From IMG/VR virus record IMGVR_UViG_3300049009_000310, positions 1 through 29,466 of that record: a stretch of 29,466 nucleotides of DNA; one strand, written 5' to 3'. This document shows positions 17,457-26,541 of this stretch, piece after piece. Made by a program: the position numbers and the translations under genes. This DNA is from a virus. Taxonomy: Duplodnaviria; Caudoviricetes. How positions within the stretch are numbered: position 1 is the first letter of the stretch; the number at the start of each line of letters is the position of its first letter. The notes beneath the pieces are model-generated. The model was not told where the DNA came from. It saw nothing but the letters and a program-made list of their open reading frames with translations, and ran no database searches.

Positions 17457-17531
17457 GAAGATAGTTGTAGCACCACAGAATGTTTTACGCTAGGGTGTTT
17501 CTGCAATCCAGTAAACGAAAGGTACAGTGAA
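17457..17531. promoter_or_regulatory. Divergent promoter region
   Basis: 75-bp AT-richer gap between divergent operons; symmetric TAGC-N17-GCTA core; -10-like TAGGGT (+) and TGCTACAACT (-) just before a probably leaderless ATG. Confidence 0.55.
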
Positions 17532-17993
17532 ATGCTCTGCGATAAGGAACTCAAAGACTTAGGCCTGACAGACGCTGGTGTGCGTCTGGTTCGAGCCGCG
17601 AAATGCGAAACGGTGTACAACTTAAGGACAGTGGGCGACCGCGCACCAAAAGGAACGCACCTCCGCACAATAGAGCAGGTTAAATCGCTTGCCGCTCGAC
17701 TGGAAAGCCAGCTTGCGGCGCGTCAAGCAGCGGTTGAGGCTAAAGAGAAAGCGAGCGCGTTCTGGCTACAGCAGCACGCCGAACATATGGCCCTGCGCGT
17801 AGATTTTACCCTGCAAGTCCGCGTTCGACTGCGGGATTTGCCCTGCGGAGAGATAATCCCCGAGGATATGGCCCAGATAGTATCTGATGTCCTGAAGGAT
17901 TACTTCCGCGCACACCCTGACGCTCGGTATCGGCGCCCCCGCATCGGCATATCAAACGTAAAAGAAACACAGGGAGTAAAATACGATGGCTGA
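17532..17993 (+). CDS. Hypothetical protein with an N-terminal RNA polymerase alpha-CTD-like domain
   Basis: ATG at 17532 after GAAAGG; DKELKDLGLT...VRAAKCETVYNL...RTIEQVK pattern resembles alpha-CTD. Confidence 0.5.
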   Translation: MLCDKELKDLGLTDAGVRLVRAAKCETVYNLRTVGDRAPKGTHLRTIEQVKSLAARLESQLAARQAAVEAKEKASAFWLQQHAEHMALRVDFTLQVRVRLRDLPCGEIIPEDMAQIVSDVLKDYFRAHPDARYRRPRIGISNVKETQGVKYDG

Positions 17994-19122
17994 CCACTCA
18001 GATATTGTTGGTGGTTCGACGGCGAAGCGGGTTATCGCGTGCCCCGGTTCGGTGCAGTTGGTCCGCAAGATGCCCGCCAAGCCATCCAGCGTTTACGCAG
18101 ACACAGGCACGCTGTTGCACGATGCGATGGCGTCTATCCTCAGCAGCGACGCGCTGCCAACCGACGTGATCGGCAACGAATACCAAGGCATCGAACTCAC
18201 CCAAGAACTGTACGACGAGAAGATCGTCCCGGCGCTCGCGGCGCTCGTCGAGATTGACCCGGAAGGCGTCATGGACATTTGCGTCGAGAAGGTCGTCGGC
18301 TTCGGTGAGGCCCTGCCCGGCGTGTTCGGCAGCGCCGACGTGATCGGGCGCATCGGCAACCGCGCGATTGTGCTTGACTGGAAGTTTGGCGACGGCGTGG
18401 TCGTCGAGGTCGAAGAGAACGCGCAGGCGCTATTCTACGCCGCCGCCGCCATGCGCACGCCCGAAACGGCGTGGGCGTTCGATGGCGTTGCCGAGATCGA
18501 GTGCGTTATTGTCCAGCCGCCGTTTGTCAAGCGGTGGGTGACGACGCCCGCCCGCGTCGCCAAGTTCGAGAAGCAGTTGTTCGCGGCTGTCAAGACGGCG
18601 TCGCGTCCCGAAGCGCCGTTCGCGGCGGGCGATCATTGCCGTTGGTGCGCCGCCAAGCCGATCTGCCCGATCCTGTCGGGCGGCGTTATGCGGGCGCTCC
18701 AAACATCGTTGAAAGCACTTGACGCCGACAATCTTGCCGCAGCCGTGCGCGACGCCGACGTGCTGGAGAACTGGATCAAGGACGTGCGCGCGCTGGCGCA
18801 TCAACTGCTGGAGCAGGGCCTGCCCGTGCCGGGCTTCAAGCTGGTGCCCAAGCGCGCCACGCGGCAGTGGGTTGACGAAGATCAGGCGAAGGATACGCTC
18901 AGCGACTTCCTGACGCCGGAAGAATTGATGGTGACGAAGTTGGTTTCGCCCGCGCAGGCCGAGAAGGTGCTGAAAAAGCGCAAGATCGACCTGCCCGGCA
19001 ATCTGGTCGTCGCCATCTCATCGGGCAACACGTTGGCCCCGGAGAGTGATCCCCGGCCTTCCGTGATGCACGGCAGCCTGCAATTGCAGGCGGCCCTTAG
19101 TAACCTGAAAAGTCTAATCTAG
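17986..19122 (+). CDS. Cas4-like PD-(D/E)XK exonuclease (DUF2800-type)
   Basis: CPGS, GTLLH, FGSADV, VLDWKFG, QALFYA, GDHCRWC..KPICP. Confidence 0.88.
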   Translation: MADHSDIVGGSTAKRVIACPGSVQLVRKMPAKPSSVYADTGTLLHDAMASILSSDALPTDVIGNEYQGIELTQELYDEKIVPALAALVEIDPEGVMDICVEKVVGFGEALPGVFGSADVIGRIGNRAIVLDWKFGDGVVVEVEENAQALFYAAAAMRTPETAWAFDGVAEIECVIVQPPFVKRWVTTPARVAKFEKQLFAAVKTASRPEAPFAAGDHCRWCAAKPICPILSGGVMRALQTSLKALDADNLAAAVRDADVLENWIKDVRALAHQLLEQGLPVPGFKLVPKRATRQWVDEDQAKDTLSDFLTPEELMVTKLVSPAQAEKVLKKRKIDLPGNLVVAISSGNTLAPESDPRPSVMHGSLQLQAALSNLKSLI

Positions 19123-19134
19123 AAAGGACAGACC

Positions 19135-19815
19135 ATGAGCAACGCATTGATTTTCGCAAATGTTAGACTTCCCGCAGTAGCCGATCTCGCCACGTCTCTT
19201 TCCAAACTCACTGAAGAAGTTGGGGGCGCTGGCGGAACCGTCATTCTCAAGATGGACAAGACCGGCTGCTGGATATTTGGCGCGGACCAAACGGAAGTGG
19301 AAGACGGCTCGACTTGGGCAGTCAACCCCTATTCGTTCGTGCATGGCCACATTGCGTGGGGTGGCGACAAGACGCCAGCTAAAGGCACTGTTTTAGGTGA
19401 GGTCTTGGCTTCCCTTTTCGACCCCCTGCCCGAGACTGGGCCGTCGCCGCAGCACGCAACGAACGGATGGCAACTGCAATTGGGCTGTTCCCTGAAGTGC
19501 GTCAGCGGTGAAGACGTGGGCATGGAAGCGCGCTGCGCCTTCACGTCTACGGGCGGCAAGAAGGCGCTCGCGAAGCTTGCAGAAGACATCGGTGAGCGGG
19601 CCAAAAAGGGTTTGCTTGACGTTGTGCCGATCGTCGAGTTGAAAAAGGACAGCTACCAGCATAAAGCATATGGCAAGGTCATTGTGCCGCTCTTCGACGT
19701 CAAGTCGTGGATGGGTATGGAAGGCCCGGCCGCCGAGCCTGCCGCAGATGTCTCCCCTGTAGCGGCAGAGGCTCCCACGGAGGAAGCGCCGCGTCGTCGT
19801 CGTCGCAGCGTCTAA
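19135..19815 (+). CDS. Putative ssDNA-binding/annealing protein
   Basis: Between the exonuclease and polymerase; ILKMDKTG.WIFG, WAVNPYSFVHG, YQHKAYGK; low-complexity tail ending in RRRRR. Confidence 0.6.
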   Translation: MSNALIFANVRLPAVADLATSLSKLTEEVGGAGGTVILKMDKTGCWIFGADQTEVEDGSTWAVNPYSFVHGHIAWGGDKTPAKGTVLGEVLASLFDPLPETGPSPQHATNGWQLQLGCSLKCVSGEDVGMEARCAFTSTGGKKALAKLAEDIGERAKKGLLDVVPIVELKKDSYQHKAYGKVIVPLFDVKSWMGMEGPAAEPAADVSPVAAEAPTEEAPRRRRRSV

Positions 19816-19824
19816 GTGGTGAGC

Positions 19825-19862
19825 GCGCCCGCTGGAGTTAGGGCTCCGGCGGGCGCATTTTT
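19825..19862 (+). terminator. Intrinsic terminator
   Basis: GCGCCCGCTGGAG-TTAGGG-CTCCGGCGGGCGC followed by ATTTTT. Confidence 0.75.
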
Positions 19863-19875
19863 ATGGGGTACTACA

Positions 19876-20325
19876 ATGGAAATCTGGAAAGACATCCCCG
19901 GCTATGAAGGCCGGTATCAGGTTAGCGACGCCGGAAACGTGCGGTCGCTCTCCCGCACAGTAAACTACGGTACGGGGCACAAGAGCGTCGCGGGCGCGCG
20001 GTTTCAGAACGGGCGAACCTTAAGACCCGGGCGCTCCTCGAACGGGCACTTTACTGTGACGCTAGGAAAGACCCGCAAATATACCGTGCATAAGCTCGTG
20101 CTAATGACTTTTGTTGGACCTTGCCCGCCAAAACACGTTTGCTTCCATGTAACCGGCGACCCTGCGGACAACAGATTGAGCAACCTGCGTTGGGCTACGC
20201 GCAGCTATGTTATGCGCTGCGCAGAGGTCGCTCACGGCCCCTGGGTGTTGACGCCCGCGCGCCTGACGGGGCTAAGAAAAGCGGCCCGAACACGGAGGCA
20301 ACGGCATGTCCGCCCTCTGGTGTGA
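19876..20325 (+). CDS. NUMOD4-HNH homing endonuclease (possibly degenerate)
   Basis: EIWKDIPGYEGRYQVSDAGNVRS (NUMOD4); VHKLV..TFVG..P; H..GD..DNRLSNLRW. Confidence 0.88.
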   Translation: MEIWKDIPGYEGRYQVSDAGNVRSLSRTVNYGTGHKSVAGARFQNGRTLRPGRSSNGHFTVTLGKTRKYTVHKLVLMTFVGPCPPKHVCFHVTGDPADNRLSNLRWATRSYVMRCAEVAHGPWVLTPARLTGLRKAARTRRQRHVRPLV

Positions 20326-22282
20326 TTTTGAGACGCGCAGTCGCTGCGACCTGAAGGCCGCCGGCGTCTATAATTACGCGCAGGACGCCAGCACGACGGT
20401 CCTGTGCATGTCGTGGGCGTTCGATGACGAGCCGGTCGTGACATGGCTACCCGGCCAGCCATTTCCGTTACGCATCCGAAACCATACCGGCCAGATCAGG
20501 GCGCACAACGCCGCCTTTGAAAGACTGATCTTCTGGTACGTCTTGTCCCCCGGCCTTCGCATCCGCGAGCCCGCGCTGGAGCAGTTCTACTGCACCGCAG
20601 CACAAGCGCGCGCCAACTGCGCTCCCGGCTCGCTGGAGGACGTGGGCCGCTTCGCCGGCGCGTCGATGAAGAAAGACCACCGGGGCGGCGCGCTCATCCG
20701 CGCGCTGTCGATCCCTCGCGCTGACGGGACGTTCAACGACGACCCGACGCTCATGGCCGAGATGGTCGCCTATTGCGAGCAGGACGTGCGCGCCATGCGG
20801 GCGATCAGCCAGACGCAGCGCGAGCTGTCAGACGACGAGCTGCACGCCTACCACGTCAACGAGAAGATCAATGATCGGGGCGTGCGCGTCGATGTTGACC
20901 TGTGCCGCGCGGCGGTCAACTATGCGCAGGCCGAACTGGTCGAGATACAGCAGATCGTCCGTGAAGTTACGCAGGGCGTCATCACCAGCGTCCGGTCCCC
21001 CAAGATGCGTGATTGGGTCCGCGCGCGCGTCGGGCCCGAGGCGCTGAAGCTGATGACGCTGCACAAGGGCGACGTTGAGAAGTTCAGCATCGACAAGAGC
21101 GTGCGCGCAAACTTGCTAGTTCTGGCGCAGGAGAACGCAGATGAAGTGCCCCCCGACGTTGCCGAAGTCATCCAATGCGCAGACGACCTATGGGCCTCAT
21201 CGGTCGCTAAATTCAGCCGTGCATCTGCGCTTGCTGATACGGAAGATCGAAGAGTCCGAGGCGCTTTCGTGTTCGCAGGAGGCAGCGCCACCGGGCGTGC
21301 TTCGGCGTTCGGTCTACAGGTTCACAATTATCCTCGCAAATGCGCTGCGGACCCTGAAGCGGTGCGTCACGCGATGGTGCGCGGACACCAGATAGTCCCG
21401 GCGCACGGCAAGCGCGTCACCGACGTCTTGAAGGGGATGCTGCGGCCCATGATGCTGCCGAACAAGGGCAAGCATCTGGTAGTGGCCGACTGGTCCAGCA
21501 TCGAGGGCCGCGTCAACCCGTGGTTAACGGCGTCGCAGCACGGCGACGCCAAGCTCAACGTCTTCAGGTCCGGCCTCGACCCATACAAGGTCAACGCGCG
21601 CGCGACGTTTGGCGGCACATATAATGACGTGACCGGCGACCAGCGCCAAGTCGGAAAGGTGCAAGAACTTGCATGTGGTTTCGGCGGCAGCGTCGGCGCG
21701 TTTGCGTCGATGGGTAAAATTTACGGCATCAACCTGCCCGAGCCGGTCGCAAAGCGTATGGTTGCGGGCTGGCGCAAAGCTAACCCTTGGGCCTTGCCGT
21801 GGTGGGAGACACTAGAGAAAGCATATACGCGCGCTATGCGCAATAAAGGCCACGAATTTAGCGCCGGGCGCGTAACCTACTTGTTCGATGGGCAGCATCT
21901 TTGGTATGCTTTACCTTCAGGTCGTGTCCTTTGCTACCCCTTCGCCCGGTTTGACGACGGCGAAATCACCTACGCGAAAGCCTCATGGAAACCATCCGCA
22001 GATGCTTCGGAATGGCCGCGCGCCCGACTCTGGAGCGGGCTGGCGTGCGAGAACGTCACGCAAGCTGCGGCCAACGACATCCTGCGCCATTCGCTCAATC
22101 AACTGGAGCGCGAAGGCCACGAAGTCGTGCTGCATGTCCATGACGAGATCGTGGTGGAGACAGCGGACCCGGACGCGGCGCAGGAAGCGATGAAGCGGAT
22201 CATGTGCACACCGGCCAACTGGGCCGGCGGTCTGCCGCTGGGCGTCGAGATCCACACGATGCAGCGATATGGCAAAGGTTAA
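20306..22282 (+). CDS. Phage family A DNA polymerase with 3'-5' exonuclease
   Basis: Exo motifs DFET, AHNAAFE, YCEQDV; polymerase motifs DWSSIEGR, RQVGKVQELACGFGG, HVHDE. Confidence 0.95.
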   Translation: MSALWCDFETRSRCDLKAAGVYNYAQDASTTVLCMSWAFDDEPVVTWLPGQPFPLRIRNHTGQIRAHNAAFERLIFWYVLSPGLRIREPALEQFYCTAAQARANCAPGSLEDVGRFAGASMKKDHRGGALIRALSIPRADGTFNDDPTLMAEMVAYCEQDVRAMRAISQTQRELSDDELHAYHVNEKINDRGVRVDVDLCRAAVNYAQAELVEIQQIVREVTQGVITSVRSPKMRDWVRARVGPEALKLMTLHKGDVEKFSIDKSVRANLLVLAQENADEVPPDVAEVIQCADDLWASSVAKFSRASALADTEDRRVRGAFVFAGGSATGRASAFGLQVHNYPRKCAADPEAVRHAMVRGHQIVPAHGKRVTDVLKGMLRPMMLPNKGKHLVVADWSSIEGRVNPWLTASQHGDAKLNVFRSGLDPYKVNARATFGGTYNDVTGDQRQVGKVQELACGFGGSVGAFASMGKIYGINLPEPVAKRMVAGWRKANPWALPWWETLEKAYTRAMRNKGHEFSAGRVTYLFDGQHLWYALPSGRVLCYPFARFDDGEITYAKASWKPSADASEWPRARLWSGLACENVTQAAANDILRHSLNQLEREGHEVVLHVHDEIVVETADPDAAQEAMKRIMCTPANWAGGLPLGVEIHTMQRYGKG

Positions 22283-22292
22283 GGGGGACACG

Positions 22293-24605
22293 ATGGAACT
22301 GCTTGATTATATCGTAGGGCTTGCCGCCGCCAACGAGGGCGAGACGGCGCTGATCGTCCGGCAGACGCCGGTCATGCGCAATGGCGAACACCAGCGCCAC
22401 GCGGACGGTATGCTCGCGTTCACCTACCCGGCGTTCCTGCCGACGCACTGCCGGCGGGAAGGTGAAGCTTGGTACATCAACGCGGGCTCTTTCATCATAG
22501 ACCGCTTCAAGGACGGCAAACCGCGCGCAATGTCGGCGCATATGGAACACACGCTGTTCCTGATGCTCGACGACATTGGCACCAAGTCGAAGGAACCGCT
22601 GTTGCCGCCGACGTGGGTCGTCGAGACGAGCGCCGGGAATTATCAATGGTACTACGCCTATGCGGACCAGCCGAAGAAAGGCGAACACGTCGCGCTGTTC
22701 AACGCGATGGCCGAGGCGGGCTACGCCGACAAGGGCGCGGGCAACCCCGTGCGCAATTGTCGCCTGCCGGGCTCGCCTAACTTCAAGCCGGGCAAGGACG
22801 CCTTCATCGCCCGCCTCATGTCGTTCAGCCCCGAACACGAGTACACGCCGGAACAAATCGCAAAAGCCCACGGCGTGACGCCCGCCGAGGCCAGCGAAGA
22901 CCACCGCATCACATTTACGTTACGCGACACGGGCGGCGACACGGTGTTGGCGTGGATGAACCAGCACGGCATGGTCCGCAGCGCCGCCAACAGCGACGGC
23001 TGGATGGGCATCGTCTGCCCAAACCACGCCGAGCATAGCGACGGCAACACCGAGGCGCGTTACAAGCCGCTCGACCGCTCGTTCTGCTGCTACCACGGGC
23101 ACTGCCAAGACCTAGATAGCAAGACCTTCCTGAAGTGGGTAGCCGATAACGGTGGGCCGACCGTGACGCCGGGCCTGCGCGACGAACTGCTATCGGCGCA
23201 CATGAACGCCGCCATGTCGAAGCTGCGCCCCACTGCGGCGTACCCTGACGCGGCCGCCGCAATCGTCCAGGAAGTCGAGCGCAAAGAAATCGGGCGACTG
23301 GACAAGGCCGACTGGTATGAACGCTTCGCCTACCTGCTGTCCGACGACTCTTATTTCGATATGAAATATCGCAAGATGTACTCCCGCAATGCGTTCAACG
23401 CGATATACCGGCACATCGCCTGCCAATCAGTCCACAACGGGCGGCGCATCGAGGCCGCGACATGCTTCGACGAGACGCGGCAGCTTAACGGGGCGCCCAT
23501 ATTCGCCGGCGTCATATACGCGCCGGGCGAGGGCGTTCTGGTGACGCGCGACGGCGATGTCTACGGCAACAAGTGGATCAACGCCCGACCGCACACCGAC
23601 AACCACAAGGGCCGCGACGTGGCGCCGTGGCTGGACCATTGCCGGACCATCGTGCCGGACGCCGCCGAACTGGCGCACTGCCTTGACGTGATGGCGTTCA
23701 AAATCAAGAACCCCAAGGTCAAGATTAACCACGCGGTCTTGCACGGCGGCGTTGAAGGCTGCGGCAAGGACACGATGTGGGCGCCTTACATCTGGTCCGT
23801 ATGCGGGCCTGCGCTGAAGAACCGGGGCTTTCTGGACAACGACACGATGAGCGGCCAGTGGGGCTACCATCTTGAGTCGGAAATTTTGCTGCTCAACGAA
23901 CTGAAAGAGCCCGAAGCGGTGCAGCGCCGCGCGCTGGCGAACCGGATGAAGCCGATTATCGCCGCGCCGCCCGAGACGCTGCTCGTCAACCGCAAGGGCC
24001 AGCATCCTTACGAAACGCTAAACCGGCTGGCCGTGCTGGCGTTTACCAATGATCCCGTGCCGATCTCGCTGCCATCGCAAGATCGCCGTTGGTTTTGTGT
24101 TTGGTCGCCCAACGGACGTATGCCCGAGGCCGACGCAACGCGGCTCTGGGCTTGGTACGAAGACGGCGGCTACGATGCTGTCGGCGCATGGCTGATGGCG
24201 CGCGACGTGTCGAAGTTCAACCCGGCTGCGGCGCCGCCGTTGACCGAGTGGAAGTTGAACATGGTCGAAGACGGTATGAGCATGTCGGAAGGTTTCCTCG
24301 TCGAGATGATACGCCAGCGCCGCGGCGAATTTGCGGTGGGCGCCGTCGCCGCGCCGCTGCACGCTCTGGTGGACCGCCTGCAAGGGTCGGCCCCGGACGG
24401 CAAGAAGCTGCACCTCCAGGCGCTGCTGCACGCGCTGGCCGAGGCCGGATGGAAAGATCGGGGGCGGATTAAGAGCGCGCTTAACATGGCGCCCAAGCGC
24501 GTTTTCTGCGCGCCCGACATGCTGCGCAAGACCGACTCGGAATTGCGCAATCTGACGGAGGCGGCCCCCGATCCGAGCAGGGTCAACTTGACCATCGTCA
24601 AATGA
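22293..24605 (+). CDS. Primase-helicase (RepB-like AEP primase, Zn finger, SF3/DUF5906 helicase)
   Basis: LMLDDIG, ETSAGNYQ, RLPG; CPNHAEH...CYHGHC; Walker A GVEGCGKDT, FTND, DRRWF; ATG after AAGGGGG. Confidence 0.88.
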   Translation: MELLDYIVGLAAANEGETALIVRQTPVMRNGEHQRHADGMLAFTYPAFLPTHCRREGEAWYINAGSFIIDRFKDGKPRAMSAHMEHTLFLMLDDIGTKSKEPLLPPTWVVETSAGNYQWYYAYADQPKKGEHVALFNAMAEAGYADKGAGNPVRNCRLPGSPNFKPGKDAFIARLMSFSPEHEYTPEQIAKAHGVTPAEASEDHRITFTLRDTGGDTVLAWMNQHGMVRSAANSDGWMGIVCPNHAEHSDGNTEARYKPLDRSFCCYHGHCQDLDSKTFLKWVADNGGPTVTPGLRDELLSAHMNAAMSKLRPTAAYPDAAAAIVQEVERKEIGRLDKADWYERFAYLLSDDSYFDMKYRKMYSRNAFNAIYRHIACQSVHNGRRIEAATCFDETRQLNGAPIFAGVIYAPGEGVLVTRDGDVYGNKWINARPHTDNHKGRDVAPWLDHCRTIVPDAAELAHCLDVMAFKIKNPKVKINHAVLHGGVEGCGKDTMWAPYIWSVCGPALKNRGFLDNDTMSGQWGYHLESEILLLNELKEPEAVQRRALANRMKPIIAAPPETLLVNRKGQHPYETLNRLAVLAFTNDPVPISLPSQDRRWFCVWSPNGRMPEADATRLWAWYEDGGYDAVGAWLMARDVSKFNPAAAPPLTEWKLNMVEDGMSMSEGFLVEMIRQRRGEFAVGAVAAPLHALVDRLQGSAPDGKKLHLQALLHALAEAGWKDRGRIKSALNMAPKRVFCAPDMLRKTDSELRNLTEAAPDPSRVNLTIVK

Positions 24606-24629
24606 AAAAGGCCCGGCGTGAGCCGGGCC
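24605..24629 (-). terminator. Terminator at the convergence of the replication and early operons
   Basis: GGCCCGGC-GTGA-GCCGGGCC preceded by AAAAA (U-tract on the - strand). Confidence 0.8.
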
Positions 24630-24707
24630 AAGTCAAGGGTCAGTCAGAGCGGCGAGAGGAAGTACAAGACCGCCCTGGTACTCTCCCGGCGGATGCCGGA
24701 AGTTCGT

Positions 24708-24986
24708 TCAGCCAACAGACGCGAGCGCGTCTTCGATGGCCCTGTAGGCTTTAAGTTCGGCATGTTGCGGGAGCGTCTGCGGCGCGTCAAGCCTTGCGTG
24801 CTCCGGCACCTCGATCTTCTCCAGATACATCAGCGTGCGCGCCGTCATGTCCACCGCGCGCGCGTCTTCAGCCGAGAAGAACGCCCGCCCGAGCTGATTG
24901 CAGCGCAGCAAGACTGCGTTCATACATGCAGCACGAACCGCGTGTTCGTCGTTCTCCAGTCTGTTCAAGTGCTCAATGTTGCTCAT
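24708..24986 (-). CDS. Early hypothetical protein
   Basis: MSNIEHL..., AAGGAG RBS. Confidence 0.7.
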   Translation of the reverse strand: MSNIEHLNRLENDEHAVRAACMNAVLLRCNQLGRAFFSAEDARAVDMTARTLMYLEKIEVPEHARLDAPQTLPQHAELKAYRAIEDALASVG

Positions 24987-25164
24987 GTTCTCTCCTTGTA
25001 ACCGGGCCATACTTCGCTTCGATCTCCTCCAGAGTCAGCCCTTTAACCATGGGGAGTGTGACGGGTTTAGCGTCTGTTTGGTGCGCTGTTACTAAGCCTT
25101 TGGCATACGCCAGCACGGCTTTGATCTGTTGCGCCCGGTCGAAGGGCTTGCGCCTGCGGCTCAT
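24973..25164 (-). CDS. Early hypothetical protein
   Basis: MSRRRKPFD...PVTLP; ATGA overlap with the upstream stop. Confidence 0.6.
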   Translation of the reverse strand: MSRRRKPFDRAQQIKAVLAYAKGLVTAHQTDAKPVTLPMVKGLTLEEIEAKYGPVTRREHEQH

Positions 25165-25514
25165 GTCACGGAATCCTTGTGCTTTGCGAGGATGGCGCTT
25201 AGACCACAAGTACATGGGCGCGGGTGCGCGCACTCAATTGCGTGGTCAGAGTTTCGCTTGATCCAATCGACCAGCTCCGCGACCTCGGGGCCGGGCTTTG
25301 TGGCGGTGAGTACAGCCCGCACGTCATCCGGGACGCCAAGTGTAATGCCCCACTCTTTGCACTCCTCACGGGTCGGCAAACCGCGCTTGCCCATGCCGAT
25401 CTGTAGCAGCGCCTCCTCAATTGGCGCGCTGCGCGCAAACCGCGTGCAGAGCATCTTGTCCAGCTTTTTAATTCGTTCATCGCCCGCTTCAAGAGCCTTC
25501 TCGTCAGCCATCAC
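25161..25514 (-). CDS. Early hypothetical protein with an H-x3-C-x5-C-x-CG putative Zn site
   Basis: HAIECAHPRPCTCGL; coupled to both neighbours. Confidence 0.65.
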   Translation of the reverse strand: MMADEKALEAGDERIKKLDKMLCTRFARSAPIEEALLQIGMGKRGLPTREECKEWGITLGVPDDVRAVLTATKPGPEVAELVDWIKRNSDHAIECAHPRPCTCGLSAILAKHKDSVT

Positions 25515-25759
25515 TTTTTCTCCCCCTCAAGTGCGGCGCGGGCGATCACCAACAACGACATAGCCCGATTGGGTTCCGGCACACCATCGTCGCCGTCCAC
25601 GACATCTGAATACTCGTCAACGTACTCCATCAATTCTTGAATAATGCCCTCAAGCTTCTCAATCCTGTTGGCAGCGTCTTTCTTGATTGGTTCAATTAAG
25701 TAACCAAAGAACGGGTCGATGACTGGCTCACGCAGCCTCGTCACGAGATCGTCAGTCAT
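25511..25759 (-). CDS. Early hypothetical protein (DLVxRLR...AAxRIExLE type)
   Basis: ATG at 25759 after GGGGAG; motif common in small phage early proteins. Confidence 0.7.
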   Translation of the reverse strand: MTDDLVTRLREPVIDPFFGYLIEPIKKDAANRIEKLEGIIQELMEYVDEYSDVVDGDDGVPEPNRAMSLLVIARAALEGEKK

Positions 25760-26043
25760 GGTTGTCTCCCCAATTCGTCGTCGCTGGACATCTTCGCAAC
25801 GCCCTGTCGGCGCAGGTCGCGCACGACAAGAATGGCGTAGCCGGCGATGTCTTCCCAGTGGTCGAGCACGTTCGGGTTGCCGCAAACGATACGCGCCAAT
25901 TTTGTCGCAATCAGGTCCAGCGCCTCGATTTGAACGACAGACATATGCCCGCCCCCGCGAAACGTGTCCTTTAGCTTTAGTGCGACGCGCGCCACCTTGG
26001 CAAAATCGCCGTGCGTCTGCTCGCGTTTGTTCAAGATGTCCAT
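25756..26043 (-). CDS. DUF6378-like protein
   Basis: R..THGDF, EALDLIATKLARI..G.P...DHWEDIAGYA. Confidence 0.8.
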   Translation of the reverse strand: MDILNKREQTHGDFAKVARVALKLKDTFRGGGHMSVVQIEALDLIATKLARIVCGNPNVLDHWEDIAGYAILVVRDLRRQGVAKMSSDDELGRQP

Positions 26044-26291
26044 TTGGTTGCCTTTCTCAAAGACTTGAGGATTGACGTATGGTCGCGCTTGCAGGCGCGG
26101 CCAATGCGTGGATAGGACCAGCCTTTGCAGTGCAGCATCCAGTAGATCGCATTGCGAGCCGGGCGCCAGCGGGCGGCGCGGTCGGAACGAACCAGGTCGT
26201 GCCAGGTCGCGCCGTAAGCGTCGAGGATGTGCCGGATCGACTGGCGGGTGGCGTCGGACGCGGCGCGCGGCAGATCATGGACGATCGGCAT
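26031..26291 (-). CDS. DnaA domain IV-like helix-turn-helix protein
   Basis: R.....AR...YW......SYPRIGRACKRDHTSI matches the DnaA C-terminal signature (SLxxIGxxFxxRDHTTV). Confidence 0.8.
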   Translation of the reverse strand: MPIVHDLPRAASDATRQSIRHILDAYGATWHDLVRSDRAARWRPARNAIYWMLHCKGWSYPRIGRACKRDHTSILKSLRKATKWTS

Positions 26292-26541
26292 TGTAAACCT
26301 CCTGAATGCTCTCGCGCACGCCGCGTTCGGTCTTGGCGTAGACGAGCTGGCCTTGGTGCGTCACGCCGCGCCAGCCCGAGGCGTTGCCGCGTGCGTGCCT
26401 GCGGCAGATAAGGCTATAATAGCCGACCGCCTGCCCGCCCAGCGTCACCGTGCGCGTGCCGTCGCGGTGTTCTATCGTCCTCCACGCGAGAGGCGATAGA
26501 TTAACGCCAGCGCCCACAGTGCTATCTGGATCATCTATCAT
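26275..26541 (-). CDS. Early hypothetical protein
   Basis: MIDDPDST..., GAAGGA RBS, coupled. Confidence 0.6.
   Translation of the reverse strand: MIDDPDSTVGAGVNLSPLAWRTIEHRDGTRTVTLGGQAVGYYSLICRRHARGNASGWRGVTHQGQLVYAKTERGVRESIQEVYNADRP

Noticed and set aside
17265-17531. N-terminal extension of the 242-aa ORF
   Set aside because: It runs antisense over VRR-NUC and the promoter gap; the ATG at 17532 has the RBS.
17986-19122. Cas4-like gene as evidence of a CRISPR system
   Set aside because: No repeat-spacer array or other cas genes; this is the usual phage exonuclease next to SSB and PolA.
19876-22282. Intron or intein associated with the HNH and polymerase
   Set aside because: The polymerase frame is continuous with all motifs, and the HNH is free-standing.
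24640-24705. Imperfect hairpin as a possible small RNA or tRNA
   Set aside because: No cloverleaf or promoter visible; most likely 3'-UTR structure.
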